Of a DNA stretch of 32,000 bases, positions 6,683-16,077 are shown in pieces. Each line of letters opens with the position of its first letter. Within the stretch, counting starts at the first letter, position 1. Position numbers and translations under genes: made by a program. The notes beneath the pieces were generated by a model. The model was not told where the DNA came from. It ran no database searches and saw nothing but the letters and a program-made list of their open reading frames with translations. The stretch is from Thermofilum pendens Hrk 5. Its GTDB lineage: Archaea > Thermoproteota > Thermoprotei > Thermofilales > Thermofilaceae. The stretch spans positions 300,001-332,000 of the forward strand of contig NC_008698.1 in NCBI RefSeq assembly GCF_000015225.1. The letters are read 5' to 3'.

Positions 6683-9514
6683 GTGTTGGTACCAGAGAAA
6701 GTTGCTAGGTTCAGGGTGGCGGCGCCCGCTGAATACGAGGTAGCGTTGCTGGATGCATTAGCCAGCATAGGCGAAGTTCACCTAGAGCCAAGCCTTGGTG
6801 GTGAGAGAAGCGCACTGCCCTCGCTGTACGTGGACGTTCTAGAGGGAAGAGTTAACTACGCGAACTTAAACGTGGAGGAGGCTCTCGAGGTTACCAGGAG
6901 AATTCTAAGGGAGGGAGACCCTCTTCTCTCGAAACTCGAAGGCAAAGTCGCAGAGCTGAGAAATATAGAGGAAATGCGCGTAGTTGTGGAAAGGCTGGAC
7001 GGCATGGGGATTTCTCCCGACAGACTCGGAAGGGAGTCGCTCGGAATAGTAACGGACTACGTCTTCGTATCCGACGAAAACGTCACAGACGCTGTACATG
7101 AGTTCCTGAGAGCAGGCGCGATCGTTAGGAGGAGTAGAGTGTCCCACGCTAAGCACATACTAGTCTTAATCTATGGCTCTGACAAAGCGAGCAGTGTTAA
7201 CGCGTTGAAGGCTAAGTATGGCTTGCAGATAGCCTTACCTTCGTGGTTCTTCGATAAAACGGAGTCTGTTCTGAGGAGACTCGAGGAAGAGGAAACAAGG
7301 ATCAGGAAGGAGATAATAGACATTATAATCGAGGTCTCCAGCGTTCTTAGAGACGCGTTCGAATTCGAGCACGCAACGCGCCTAGAGATAGTTTCAAACG
7401 CGCTAAGAGCAATTGAGAACTCTGAAAAGCAGGTAGACAAGCTCGAAAAAATATTCTACGACACGTTGGGCTTGCTACTCGGGTACCGTTTCTGCTTGGA
7501 AAAGAAAATGTTGCTTGCTAAGTACGGTGTGAAGAAAGCTATCTGCGAGCTTTCGCGTAAAATACTGATCGATGAACCAGTAGAGCCCGGAGAGTTCGAA
7601 AAACTCCTCTCATCGCTGTTCTCCCAGGAAGAGGCGGCGGCACAGAGGATGGAGCTTGAAAAGCTCAACAGGCTTCTCGTTATACGAAAACTACTGAGAT
7701 CCACCATGCTCTCCGGTAGCTCTGGGAAAGCGTTCGTGGTATCCGCCGGGGATAAAAAGCTGGAGGAAGCTATCGCCTCCGCCCCGGAGATCTATGGTGC
7801 TAAGGTTGTGGGAGAACTCCGTGAAAGAGGAGTCATAGCAGTTGTATTCGAGGTCGCAGAAACCCTGGAAGAGGCTTACGCCAACTTCCTACGCGATAAA
7901 TTCAGGGCAAGCGTCGTCGAAATCTCAGACCCAAGCAAGGAGCTGGAAGAAGCTCTGGCAAAGCTGGAAAGAAGCATCTTCTCGGCGAAGAACAGTATCC
8001 TTTCCAGCATCATTTCGAAAAGCCTAAGGAAGTTCAAAGTCGACGTGAAGAAGGTACTGGAGGAACTTGGAGAGCAAGAACTCCGCGAAGTATACAGCTA
8101 TATAGCGAAAATGAGGAGGGGGGTCGAGCAGAAAAGCATACCGGAGGGGGACAGATTCGTCTACCTCAAGACGTTAATCGGGCTAGCCGACGAGACGTCT
8201 GAAGAAATACTGCACCTTGAGGAAGAACTGAACGTTGCGAAGAGCCTTCCCTCGGAGGCTCTGGCAGATAGTATAAGAAAACTGGAGACCTCGCTCGTCA
8301 GTGTCAGTAGAAGGCTTGCAGAAATCCTATCGTACAAAGCCGTAACAGAGGCAATGTACAGAGCGCACCCCTTACTCAGCGAGGTACGCATATTTAGAAG
8401 CCGGCGCATAGTAGTGGTAGAAGGCTACGTACCGGTTAAGTACGTCGGTCTACTGGAAGACTCTCTTAGAGGGAAAGTACCGCGGCTACTCTACTTCAAG
8501 TACTCGGAGGTACCGAGGTCTGCCGGAGCTCCTACGTACATCGAGAGAAGGGGGCTAAAGAAGTATCTCTACTCGCTGACCTCTATGAGAGGGACGCCGG
8601 CATACTGGGAGATAGACCCAACACTGATATTCACAGCTATGTTCGTTGTCATGTACGGAATGATGTTCGGAGACATAGGACAAGGACTTGTCCTATCAGC
8701 CTTCGGTGCGTGGTTACTTAAGACCAAGTACAGGTTGCTGGGAATAACCAGCGAGGGCGCCGCCACGCTGGGAGCCCTCTCACTGATGGCTGGTATTTCC
8801 AGCATGGTTTTCGGCGCTGTTTATGGCTTCATGTTCTTTTTAAAGCCGCTCGCCCACCCCATCATCGCACCCATACACGACATATACGAAATCATAGCGG
8901 TGGCCCTATGGTTCGGCGTGGCTCAACTCGTAGTCGCTATGGCGCTGAACATGGTTAATCTGTGGAGGATGGGGGACAATATAGGAGCTGTTTTCAGCGG
9001 CATGGGCGGCTTAGGGCTACTCTTCTACCTTTCGGGAGTAGTGGTAGCATACAACCTCGCAACGACAGGCTTTAACCTGGCGGTGCTCTCCTCTCCGTCG
9101 CTAACCCCCTTCTTGCTAGCCATTCTCGCGTCGATTCTAGGCGTGCTGGGTTACGGCTTGTACGAATCCATCCACGGGGGTGAAAAAGAGAAGATCATGC
9201 ATGCGGTAAGCGAGGTAATAGAGATGATCATAGCGCTACCCGCTAACTCCCTCTCGTACATAAGGCTTGCAGCATTCGCTATGGCGCACGAGGCCTTCGG
9301 GATACTCGCGGAAAACCTGACGCCTTCCGTTGGCGAGATCGCAAGCTACGCGGTGGCGAACCTTCTAGTACTCGGTATAGAGGGGCTCGCCGTGGGCATA
9401 CAAGCGATGCGTCTAACATACTACGAGTTCTCAACGAAGTTCTTTAAAGGAGTGGGCGTCGAGTTCAAACCTATTTCAACGCGCATAAGGTTTGTCACCG
9501 AAAGTAGTCAGTAA
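6683..9514 (+). CDS. atpI: A/V-type ATP synthase subunit I (a-subunit), unusually long
   Basis: N-terminus MLVPEKVARFRVAAPAEYEVALLDALASIGEVHLEP matches the usual subunit I start. The C-terminal ~300 aa is polytopic (WEIDPTLIFTAMFVVMYGMMFGDIGQG ... LSYIRLAAFAMAHEAF with the conserved Arg). The total of 943 aa is about 250-300 aa longer than I would expect. Confidence 0.8.
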   Translation: MLVPEKVARFRVAAPAEYEVALLDALASIGEVHLEPSLGGERSALPSLYVDVLEGRVNYANLNVEEALEVTRRILREGDPLLSKLEGKVAELRNIEEMRVVVERLDGMGISPDRLGRESLGIVTDYVFVSDENVTDAVHEFLRAGAIVRRSRVSHAKHILVLIYGSDKASSVNALKAKYGLQIALPSWFFDKTESVLRRLEEEETRIRKEIIDIIIEVSSVLRDAFEFEHATRLEIVSNALRAIENSEKQVDKLEKIFYDTLGLLLGYRFCLEKKMLLAKYGVKKAICELSRKILIDEPVEPGEFEKLLSSLFSQEEAAAQRMELEKLNRLLVIRKLLRSTMLSGSSGKAFVVSAGDKKLEEAIASAPEIYGAKVVGELRERGVIAVVFEVAETLEEAYANFLRDKFRASVVEISDPSKELEEALAKLERSIFSAKNSILSSIISKSLRKFKVDVKKVLEELGEQELREVYSYIAKMRRGVEQKSIPEGDRFVYLKTLIGLADETSEEILHLEEELNVAKSLPSEALADSIRKLETSLVSVSRRLAEILSYKAVTEAMYRAHPLLSEVRIFRSRRIVVVEGYVPVKYVGLLEDSLRGKVPRLLYFKYSEVPRSAGAPTYIERRGLKKYLYSLTSMRGTPAYWEIDPTLIFTAMFVVMYGMMFGDIGQGLVLSAFGAWLLKTKYRLLGITSEGAATLGALSLMAGISSMVFGAVYGFMFFLKPLAHPIIAPIHDIYEIIAVALWFGVAQLVVAMALNMVNLWRMGDNIGAVFSGMGGLGLLFYLSGVVVAYNLATTGFNLAVLSSPSLTPFLLAILASILGVLGYGLYESIHGGEKEKIMHAVSEVIEMIIALPANSLSYIRLAAFAMAHEAFGILAENLTPSVGEIASYAVANLLVLGIEGLAVGIQAMRLTYYEFSTKFFKGVGVEFKPISTRIRFVTESSQ

Positions 9515-9530
9515 TTACTACTAAATAACA

Positions 9531-9540
9531 TTTTTATAGG
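9531..9540 (+). promoter_or_regulatory. TATA-box-like element upstream of atpK
   Basis: TTTTTATAGG about 30 nt upstream of the ATG at 9566, suggesting atpK has its own promoter. Confidence 0.45.
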
Positions 9541-9565
9541 TGTTTCAAAGTTTTCACGAAACCGT

Positions 9566-9922
9566 ATGAGGCAAAAGAGACTTGCATACATGTTGCTAGC
9601 GGTAAACGTAGCAATAGTAGTGTTAGCTACGACTGTCATGGCCTCCGCGATTTCGAGGGCTACTGCTTACAATGTGCAGGGGCAGGAAGCCGCAAAAAAG
9701 CTCGAACTGCCTGATGCCATAGCGCTACTAGCCGGAGCCATAGCTGTGGTTGGTTCAACGATAGCATCGGGTATTGCGCTGAGAAGCGTTGCCACGGCTG
9801 GTTTCGCCGCGGTGGCTGAAAAGCCAGAGTTAACTACGTGGATGCTCATTATGGGTGGCCTTGCGGAGGGAATAGCTGTCTACGGCTTGCTACTCGCGAT
9901 ACTAATCCTGGGAAAAATCTAA
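9566..9922 (+). CDS. atpK: A/V-type ATP synthase proteolipid subunit K (c-subunit)
   Basis: 118 aa. The C-terminal two-helix hairpin has a Gly/Ala-rich helix (LAGAIAVVGSTIASGIAL) and the ion-binding carboxylate helix (MGGLAEGIAVYGLLLAILILG). An extra N-terminal hydrophobic segment of ~40 aa is present. Confidence 0.75.
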   Translation: MRQKRLAYMLLAVNVAIVVLATTVMASAISRATAYNVQGQEAAKKLELPDAIALLAGAIAVVGSTIASGIALRSVATAGFAAVAEKPELTTWMLIMGGLAEGIAVYGLLLAILILGKI

Positions 9923-9964
9923 AAGTCGTCTAAAGCCTGGCGCGAAAGCTATACAACAACGTGG

Positions 9965-9969
9965 TTTTT
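9965..9969 (+). terminator. Oligo-T tract downstream of atpK (possible archaeal terminator)
   Basis: GGTTTTTC about 40 nt after the atpK stop, in the convergent intergenic region. Confidence 0.3.
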
Positions 9970-10068
9970 CTAGGCATCCTTAATTGAATATGCCACACGC
10001 ATGATGTTCATTTTTCTCCGAACCTCCCCATAATAGCCCGCGTTAGCTGACGGAAACTAGCTTTTGAA

Positions 10069-10959
10069 TTAGAGAGAGTCGTAGAAGACGAGGTTTCTCA
10101 GGATTACCTCTTTGGGCAAGCCGATGGACTTTCCAAGAAGTATCTTTTCGAGGTTTGACGCCTCTAGCCTCGCGTAGTGGTTAAATGCATAGGCATAGGG
10201 TAGGGATACCGGGAATTTCTTCTCAAGGGGTTTTACGACGCGCCGAGTAACCTCTTCGAGCGCCTGTCTGAGAAGGTCCGTCGTCGAGCCGCTGGTTCCC
10301 AGCTCTCTCGGGGCGACCCCCTGAAGGCCTAGGATCCTTAAGAATGGATGCAGATTCTCGAGTCCTAGAACCCTGCTCCAATACGCTAGCATGTAGCCTG
10401 CCTCTTCTTCCAGTGCTTCTAATAGAGCATCCTTTGCCGAGCTAGATATACGTAGAGCTCTAACTTGGCTCATTAGGTGTGCTATGTAAAGGAAGTCTAC
10501 AAAGGCTTCCCTCTCTGCTACGAGCCCCGTCGTGAACTTTAACTTCTCTACGCCCTGTATCCCGGCTTCCCGTAGGGAATCCCAGAGAGCTCCTTCGGAC
10601 CTTATACCAGAGAGCCTCGCCGGTCCTACGTGCCTGCCGTAGGGGTAGTAGATGACCGGTCTGGCGTAGCCCAGGATGCTCCTCAACTGTATCTTCACGT
10701 TTTCAAACTCTAGCCTGTCCAGCAAGGCATAGAAGAAGGGGGCAAGCTCGCTCGAAGACTGCGCTAGGATCGTGATTCTGGAGACGTATACCCTGTATAT
10801 CTTGTCGAGCTTTTCCTCCAGTGTGTCTTTCTCGTTTATTATCGAGTACTCGTGGTAGCTCGATATATCGCGCGTTTCCTCTACTATCTGCTCGTAGTCC
10901 TCGCGGCTGAGCAACCTTGACTTTAAACCGTGAGCCCTTACGGCTACGTACTCTTCCAC
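10069..10959 (-). CDS. atpC: A/V-type ATP synthase subunit C (AC39/d-subunit family), short form
   Basis: Lies immediately downstream of atpD with no gap. The N-terminus YVAVRAHGLKSRLLSREDYEQI and the C-terminus ARLEASNLEKILLGKSIGLPKEVILRNL fit my recollection of the AC39 family pattern (Y..R.R....LL..EDY ... E..NL..I..GK..GL). At 296 aa it is shorter than euryarchaeal C subunits. Confidence 0.6.
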   Translation of the reverse strand: MEEYVAVRAHGLKSRLLSREDYEQIVEETRDISSYHEYSIINEKDTLEEKLDKIYRVYVSRITILAQSSSELAPFFYALLDRLEFENVKIQLRSILGYARPVIYYPYGRHVGPARLSGIRSEGALWDSLREAGIQGVEKLKFTTGLVAEREAFVDFLYIAHLMSQVRALRISSSAKDALLEALEEEAGYMLAYWSRVLGLENLHPFLRILGLQGVAPRELGTSGSTTDLLRQALEEVTRRVVKPLEKKFPVSLPYAYAFNHYARLEASNLEKILLGKSIGLPKEVILRNLVFYDSL

Positions 10960-11562
10960 CTACCTCCCCCCTAGTAGCTTTACCCGCACAAAGTCCTCTA
11001 GTTCTTCGTCGACTACGCGTTCCTCCACGCGTCTAAGAGCAGACTCTAGCTGGGGTATCACGTTCTTTTCCAGGCTATTAACGACCCTGTTAATGTAGAG
11101 TAGTTGATCGCTTATCTTCTCAACGGCGACCTCCTTGTTGGCAACGTCGATCATAGTCTTCACGGCGTTCCATAGGGTTTCTACTACCCTGCGGTAATCG
11201 GGATCCAGTAGCTTCGACCAGTCGGGCTCTTCCTGTACCCTGGCTTGGGGAACAGGCACCCCTTGATAGCTTACTAAAACATGCGTTATTTTCGGGGGCT
11301 TTACGAGCGAGGACATCGACCTGAACTCGTACTCCCCCCTAGACATCCTCATGAGCGCCGCTGTCCTAGCCGCCTCGATGAATTGCTTCTCTGCCTCGGG
11401 TCTCTTCTTCAACTCGTCCATTATTGCGAGAAGCTCCTTTGCTAGTTGGTCGCGCCGCATCTGTAGAACGTTCTTCCCCCTCTTTACAAGGTCGAGCTTC
11501 CGCCTCAGGTACTGTAGAGTACCCCTCGAGGCGGGTAAGAAAGCAAGCTCCTGTAGAGCCAT
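10960..11562 (-). CDS. atpD: A/V-type ATP synthase subunit D
   Basis: LPASRGTLQYLRRKLDLVKRGKNVLQMRRDQLAKELL is the typical subunit D N-terminal coiled coil. 200 aa, positioned after atpB. Confidence 0.8.
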   Translation of the reverse strand: MALQELAFLPASRGTLQYLRRKLDLVKRGKNVLQMRRDQLAKELLAIMDELKKRPEAEKQFIEAARTAALMRMSRGEYEFRSMSSLVKPPKITHVLVSYQGVPVPQARVQEEPDWSKLLDPDYRRVVETLWNAVKTMIDVANKEVAVEKISDQLLYINRVVNSLEKNVIPQLESALRRVEERVVDEELEDFVRVKLLGGR

Positions 11563-11566
11563 ATGC

Positions 11567-12985
11567 TCACGACCTGTACTTCGGGTGGTACTTTTCGATG
11601 ATTTTCTGAGGTATCCTCACGAGCTCCTCCTCTGGGAGTATGGAGAGCACTTGCCACCCGAGGTCGAGGGTCTCCTCGATGCTCCTATTCTCGTAGAATC
11701 CTTGGTTTACGAACTTGTTCTCGAATTCCTCCGCGAACTTCAAGAACCTCCTATTCCGCTCGCTGAGCCCTATCTCGCCGATGATTCTCGCCAGGTCGCG
11801 CGCTTTGACTCCCCTGGAGTATGCATCGTAGAGCTGGTCTGCGAGATACCTGTGATCTTCTCGCGTCTTCCCGGGACCTATGCCCGACTTCATGAGACGG
11901 CTTAGGCTCGGCAGAATATTGATAGGCGGGTAGATTCCCTGGGCATACATCTCCTGAGACAGGAAGATTTGCCCCTCGGTTATGTACCCGGTGAGGTCAG
12001 GTATGGGATGCCTGAGGTCACCGCCCGGCATCGTTAATATTGGAAAGAGGGTTATACTACCCTTTTTGCCCTTTATGACGCCGGCCCTCTCGTAAATCGT
12101 AGCTAGGTCACTGTACATGTAGCCCGGGTACCCGAGCCTTCCCGGTATTTCTCCCCTCGCCGAGCTAACCTCTCGGAGAGCCTCGCAGTAGTTCGTCATG
12201 TCGGACATTATTACCAGGACGTGCATGTCGAGGTCAAAAGCGAGGTATTCCGCTACTGTAAGCGCTATTCTGGGAGTCATCAGCCTTTCTACGGCCGGGT
12301 CGTCTGCCATGTTGAGAACCGCTACCAGCCTTTCAATAGCACCTGTCTCCCTGAACTGCTCTAGAAAGAACTCGGCCTCGGTCTTCCTCAACCCTATGCC
12401 CGCGAAAACGACCGCGAATTGTTCGCCTTCACCTCTCACTGTGGCCTGTCTGGCGACCTGTGCCGCCAGAAGGTTGTGCGGGAGTCCGGACACGCTGAAA
12501 ATTGGTAGCTTCTGGCCTCTAACCATGCTGAATAAGCCGTCAATGGCGCTTACTCCTGTCTGTATAAAGTCATGAGGATACTCGCGCGAGATTGGGTTTA
12601 TGGGTTCGCCGGTTATCTCCCTCAGCTCTCCGGAAAGTATGGGCGGTAACCCATCTATCGGTTCAAATCTACCGTTGAACACTCTTCCGATAACGTCCTC
12701 CGAGACTCTGATCTTAAAGGTGGACCCCGTGAACTTTAAGAGAGTATCCGTTTCGAGCCCTTCCCTATCGCCCAGAACCTGTACCACTGCCTGCCCTATG
12801 CTCGTCTCGAGTACACGGCCAAACCTCTCGCGGGAGTCCTTGCCGTATATCTTCACGACTTCGTCATAGGCAGCTTCCTCGATGCCGTCAACTATCAGGA
12901 GGCTTCCTCGAATCTCCTTCACACCTCTGTAGACCTTGCCGGGGTACATTCGAACTACTTCCTCAAGTATCTGGGCGTCCATCAT
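11567..12985 (-). CDS. atpB: A/V-type ATP synthase subunit B
   Basis: 472 aa with the typical non-catalytic B subunit sequence ([38 protein letters not shown]). The start overlaps the atpA stop by 4 nt. Confidence 0.9.
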   Translation of the reverse strand: MMDAQILEEVVRMYPGKVYRGVKEIRGSLLIVDGIEEAAYDEVVKIYGKDSRERFGRVLETSIGQAVVQVLGDREGLETDTLLKFTGSTFKIRVSEDVIGRVFNGRFEPIDGLPPILSGELREITGEPINPISREYPHDFIQTGVSAIDGLFSMVRGQKLPIFSVSGLPHNLLAAQVARQATVRGEGEQFAVVFAGIGLRKTEAEFFLEQFRETGAIERLVAVLNMADDPAVERLMTPRIALTVAEYLAFDLDMHVLVIMSDMTNYCEALREVSSARGEIPGRLGYPGYMYSDLATIYERAGVIKGKKGSITLFPILTMPGGDLRHPIPDLTGYITEGQIFLSQEMYAQGIYPPINILPSLSRLMKSGIGPGKTREDHRYLADQLYDAYSRGVKARDLARIIGEIGLSERNRRFLKFAEEFENKFVNQGFYENRSIEETLDLGWQVLSILPEEELVRIPQKIIEKYHPKYRS

Positions 12986-14787
12986 GCAACCACCTCTTCA
13001 GCTTCAACAGCTAGTGTTACACCGTGCCTTTGAGCTATCTCGTCCAGCTTAGCCATAACCCTTTCGTAGAGCTCCTTGACAGCTTGGAGTCCTCTTTCAT
13101 CCTCCTTCACCCTCATCATCTCGTATATCTCCGGCATTCTGAGTATCTCCTCTATCGAAACCCTCTTTCTAATCAACTCATATGACTTGTCGAAGAAGTC
13201 CATCATCATTTTCAGGAGCCAGTACTGCTTCTCAGGCTTGCAGAACACGTCCTCGCCTGAGAGAGCCGTTTGCCGCAGGAAGCCCTCCTTGATTATCTCC
13301 GAGGTTAGCAGTATGAGCCTTTGGTCGTCCGGCAGAGCGCCTTCCCCCACAACCGACGCTATCGCCTCGATCTCGCTGGCAACCGTTAGCAGGCGGAGGG
13401 CTCTCCTCCTGTACTTCGGAAACTCTGGAGACACGTTCTTCACCCACCACCTCTCAATTATGTCGGCATACTGAGAGAAGCTCTTCAACCAGTTAATCGC
13501 GGGGAAGTGCCTCCTGTACGCCAGGTCCGTGTCAAGCGCCCACATCGTACCTACAAACCTAAGCGTATGGATAGTCACGGGTTCGTTGTAGTCCCCTCCA
13601 GGCGGGGACACAGCTCCAAGAACGGTAACCGACCCGCTCCTCTCAGGGGATCCCAGCGCCTTGACCCTTCCTCCTCTCTCGTAGAACTCGGCGATCTTGT
13701 CGGGCAGGTAGGCCGGGTACCCCCTTTCAACGGGGAGCTCGCCGAGCCTGCCGGCAATCTCCCTCAGCGCTTCCGCCCACCTCGAAGTTGAGTCGGCGAT
13801 GAGCGTTACGTCGTATCCTTGGTCGCGGTAATACTCCGCTATAGTTACTCCCATGTATATCGATGCTTCACGCGCAGATACCGGCATATTGGACGTGTTT
13901 GCAATTATGATGCTTCTCTCGATGATCGGTCTACCGGACTTCGGGTCTACGAGCACAGGAAACTCTTTAAGCATCTCCGCGATCTCGTTACCCCTCTCAC
14001 CGCACCCAATGTATACGACGATCTGAGAATCGCTGTACATCGAAACCTTGTGTAAGGTTACAGTCTTGCCGGTGCCGAACCCTCCGGGTATAGCGCCGGC
14101 GCCCCCCTTGGCTATGGGGAAGAAAGTATCAATTATCCTCTGACCGATGAGCAACGGAACCTCGCTGGGCAACCTCTCCTTGTAGGGGCGCGGCTGCCTC
14201 ACAGGCCACTCCTGCTTCATGGTCAGCTCTACAACTCTGCCGTCAGACTCAAGGATAACAACGGGGTCTTCGACCGTGTAGTCTCCTTCGGGGACAACCT
14301 CCTTCACTTTACCGCTTACTCCGATAGGCACCATTACTCTGTGCTCTATGAGCGGCGTTTCCTGAACTACGCCTATTATATCCCCGCTTGAAACCTTGTC
14401 CCCTACCTTCACCGATGGCTTAAAGTGCCATTTCACGTTGCGGGGTAGAGGGTTGACTTTCACCCCTCTCTTCACGAAGGGTCCCACTAGCTCCTCTATG
14501 CTTTTAAGCGGGCGTTGCACTCCGTCGAACACCCTTCCCATAAGTCCCGGTCCGAGCTCCGCGACGAGCAGCTTTCCAGTAGCGGTGACAGGCTCCTTTG
14601 GTCTAAGCCCGCTGGTATCCTCGTACACTTGCACCGCGAAGCTGTCCTGCGAGACTCTCACAACCTCGCCCAGTAAGCCCTCATTGCCGACGTAGACGAC
14701 TTCTCCCATTTTTATATCGCTTATACCCTTAGCTATAACTACAGGTCCCGAAACTTTAGCTATGTACCCTTTTCTCTGCCCAGACAT
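12982..14787 (-). CDS. atpA: A/V-type ATP synthase catalytic subunit A
   Basis: 601 aa. Walker A in [11 protein letters not shown], plus [16 protein letters not shown] and [16 protein letters not shown] lies 8 nt upstream of the ATG. The normal length argues against an intein. Confidence 0.9.
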   Translation of the reverse strand: MSGQRKGYIAKVSGPVVIAKGISDIKMGEVVYVGNEGLLGEVVRVSQDSFAVQVYEDTSGLRPKEPVTATGKLLVAELGPGLMGRVFDGVQRPLKSIEELVGPFVKRGVKVNPLPRNVKWHFKPSVKVGDKVSSGDIIGVVQETPLIEHRVMVPIGVSGKVKEVVPEGDYTVEDPVVILESDGRVVELTMKQEWPVRQPRPYKERLPSEVPLLIGQRIIDTFFPIAKGGAGAIPGGFGTGKTVTLHKVSMYSDSQIVVYIGCGERGNEIAEMLKEFPVLVDPKSGRPIIERSIIIANTSNMPVSAREASIYMGVTIAEYYRDQGYDVTLIADSTSRWAEALREIAGRLGELPVERGYPAYLPDKIAEFYERGGRVKALGSPERSGSVTVLGAVSPPGGDYNEPVTIHTLRFVGTMWALDTDLAYRRHFPAINWLKSFSQYADIIERWWVKNVSPEFPKYRRRALRLLTVASEIEAIASVVGEGALPDDQRLILLTSEIIKEGFLRQTALSGEDVFCKPEKQYWLLKMMMDFFDKSYELIRKRVSIEEILRMPEIYEMMRVKEDERGLQAVKELYERVMAKLDEIAQRHGVTLAVEAEEVVA

Positions 14788-14965
14788 AACGTATGCCTCC
14801 CGTTTGGATTCGTTGAAATAGAGGGGAGATTAATCCTTTATATTATTTACCACATGCTTAAGCTGCGGTGTACCGTGTAATTAGGTCGCAGTATACCCTG
14901 CACACTACTGTGCGTAGCGGATACTCTTTTCGCGTACTGCATACTGTTTATTAAGCGGTAAATCC

Positions 14966-16054
14966 GTGTCTCGCAGGATGTACCGGAAGAGCATCGCCGT
15001 ACTGTTTGTAGTTTCGGCGCTGGGAGGACTAACTCTGTGGAATTCCAGCGACTACATACTGGTAACCACGTACGTAGCAAAGGGAGGTGCCGGCACAGTG
15101 CCGATCGATGTTTTCTCGAGAAACCTTCTGCTAGCCCCCTCCATTCAAGGGTATCAGGAGAGACTATCCGCGGAGCTCTACATAAATTCCAGGCCCGTTA
15201 ACTTCACCGTCAAAGTAGACAACGAGGGAAACGAGTACCCTTATGTCGGCGAGATAGCATACACCGGCTTCATTAACGTAACCCTGGTTCAAAGGGTAAG
15301 GGTTTACGCTGTGCATTCGAGGAGCTACTTCGGAGTGCCGGCTTCCAGCTCGTGGCCAGCCACTAGAGCAGGGTCGCTTCCACGCAACAGCTTCTGGAGA
15401 TGTAACACCTCCGCTGTAGGCTTGCGGGATTTGCGAAGTATCTCTAATAGGCTCGCGGCTAACGCTTCGGGGCCGGTGGATTTCGCGTATAAAGTTGCGA
15501 GGTGGGCTTTAAGCGAGGCAAAGTACGAGGAAAGCTACGGGGGGATAAGCTGCCCCTCAGCCTTTCTAAAAGAAAAGAAAGGGGCATGCGGAGATTTCTC
15601 GGCGTTCATAGCCGCGTTGCTAAAAATTCAGGGGCTAAACGCTTACCTCGTATACTCTCTTGTCGAAGATCAAGGGGCATACCTAAATGTCAGTACGGCT
15701 AGGAGCTCCTTCCTGATTAAGGGAGCATACCCACATGTCTTCACGGTCCTAGAAGTAGATGGGTACAGAGTACCCATAGACGCTACTGCAAACGTGGGGG
15801 GCGACCCTATAAGGGGGGCTGTTGCCCTCAACAGGGATGGCGTCGTTATCCTCTACAAAGTTGTAAACAGTGATCCGAACGATTACCTCATCCTCTACGC
15901 CCCCGGCAACGATGCGCAAGTATACTATAGCATCGTGGTTAAACGAAACCAAGGCACAATCGACGCGGGTTTCGGGTGGTCTATCCTGGGAGTCGCTGTA
16001 GCCATCGTCCTAGTGCTGGGGAAGAGGCTCGACGCCTCTGACGACAGAGAATAA
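14966..16054 (+). CDS. Transglutaminase-fold (Cys-His-Asp) membrane-anchored extracytoplasmic protein, predicted protease/transglutaminase-like
   Basis: N-terminal TM (IAVLFVVSALGGLTLW) and C-terminal TM (WSILGVAVAIVLVLG). Transglutaminase-core triad pattern: KKGACGDFSAF ... GAYPHVFTVLEVDGYRVPIDAT. Five N-x-S/T sequons (NFT, NVT, NTS, NAS, NVS). The start may be the ATG at 14978, given TTTATTAAG at ~14947-14955. Confidence 0.65.
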   Translation: MSRRMYRKSIAVLFVVSALGGLTLWNSSDYILVTTYVAKGGAGTVPIDVFSRNLLLAPSIQGYQERLSAELYINSRPVNFTVKVDNEGNEYPYVGEIAYTGFINVTLVQRVRVYAVHSRSYFGVPASSSWPATRAGSLPRNSFWRCNTSAVGLRDLRSISNRLAANASGPVDFAYKVARWALSEAKYEESYGGISCPSAFLKEKKGACGDFSAFIAALLKIQGLNAYLVYSLVEDQGAYLNVSTARSSFLIKGAYPHVFTVLEVDGYRVPIDATANVGGDPIRGAVALNRDGVVILYKVVNSDPNDYLILYAPGNDAQVYYSIVVKRNQGTIDAGFGWSILGVAVAIVLVLGKRLDASDDRE

Positions 16055-16077
16055 GGTAGCATTACTGCCGGAAAACG

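Noticed and set aside
11351-11905. 184-aa + strand ORF (plus 11424..11609)
   Set aside because: It is antisense to the well-supported atpD and atpB genes. Its Ser/Arg/Phe-rich, low-complexity translation is typical of a shadow ORF.
12198-13474. Several 89-132-aa + strand ORFs (12198..12575, 12600..12869, 13076..13474)
   Set aside because: They are antisense shadows of atpB and atpA, with Ser-rich translations and no promoter context.
12982-14787. Possible inteins in atpA (and in nrdD, 2907..4826)
   Set aside because: Both proteins have normal lengths (601 and 639 aa). Their conserved motifs are contiguous, and no Cys/Ser...HN-Cys splice-junction blocks interrupt them.
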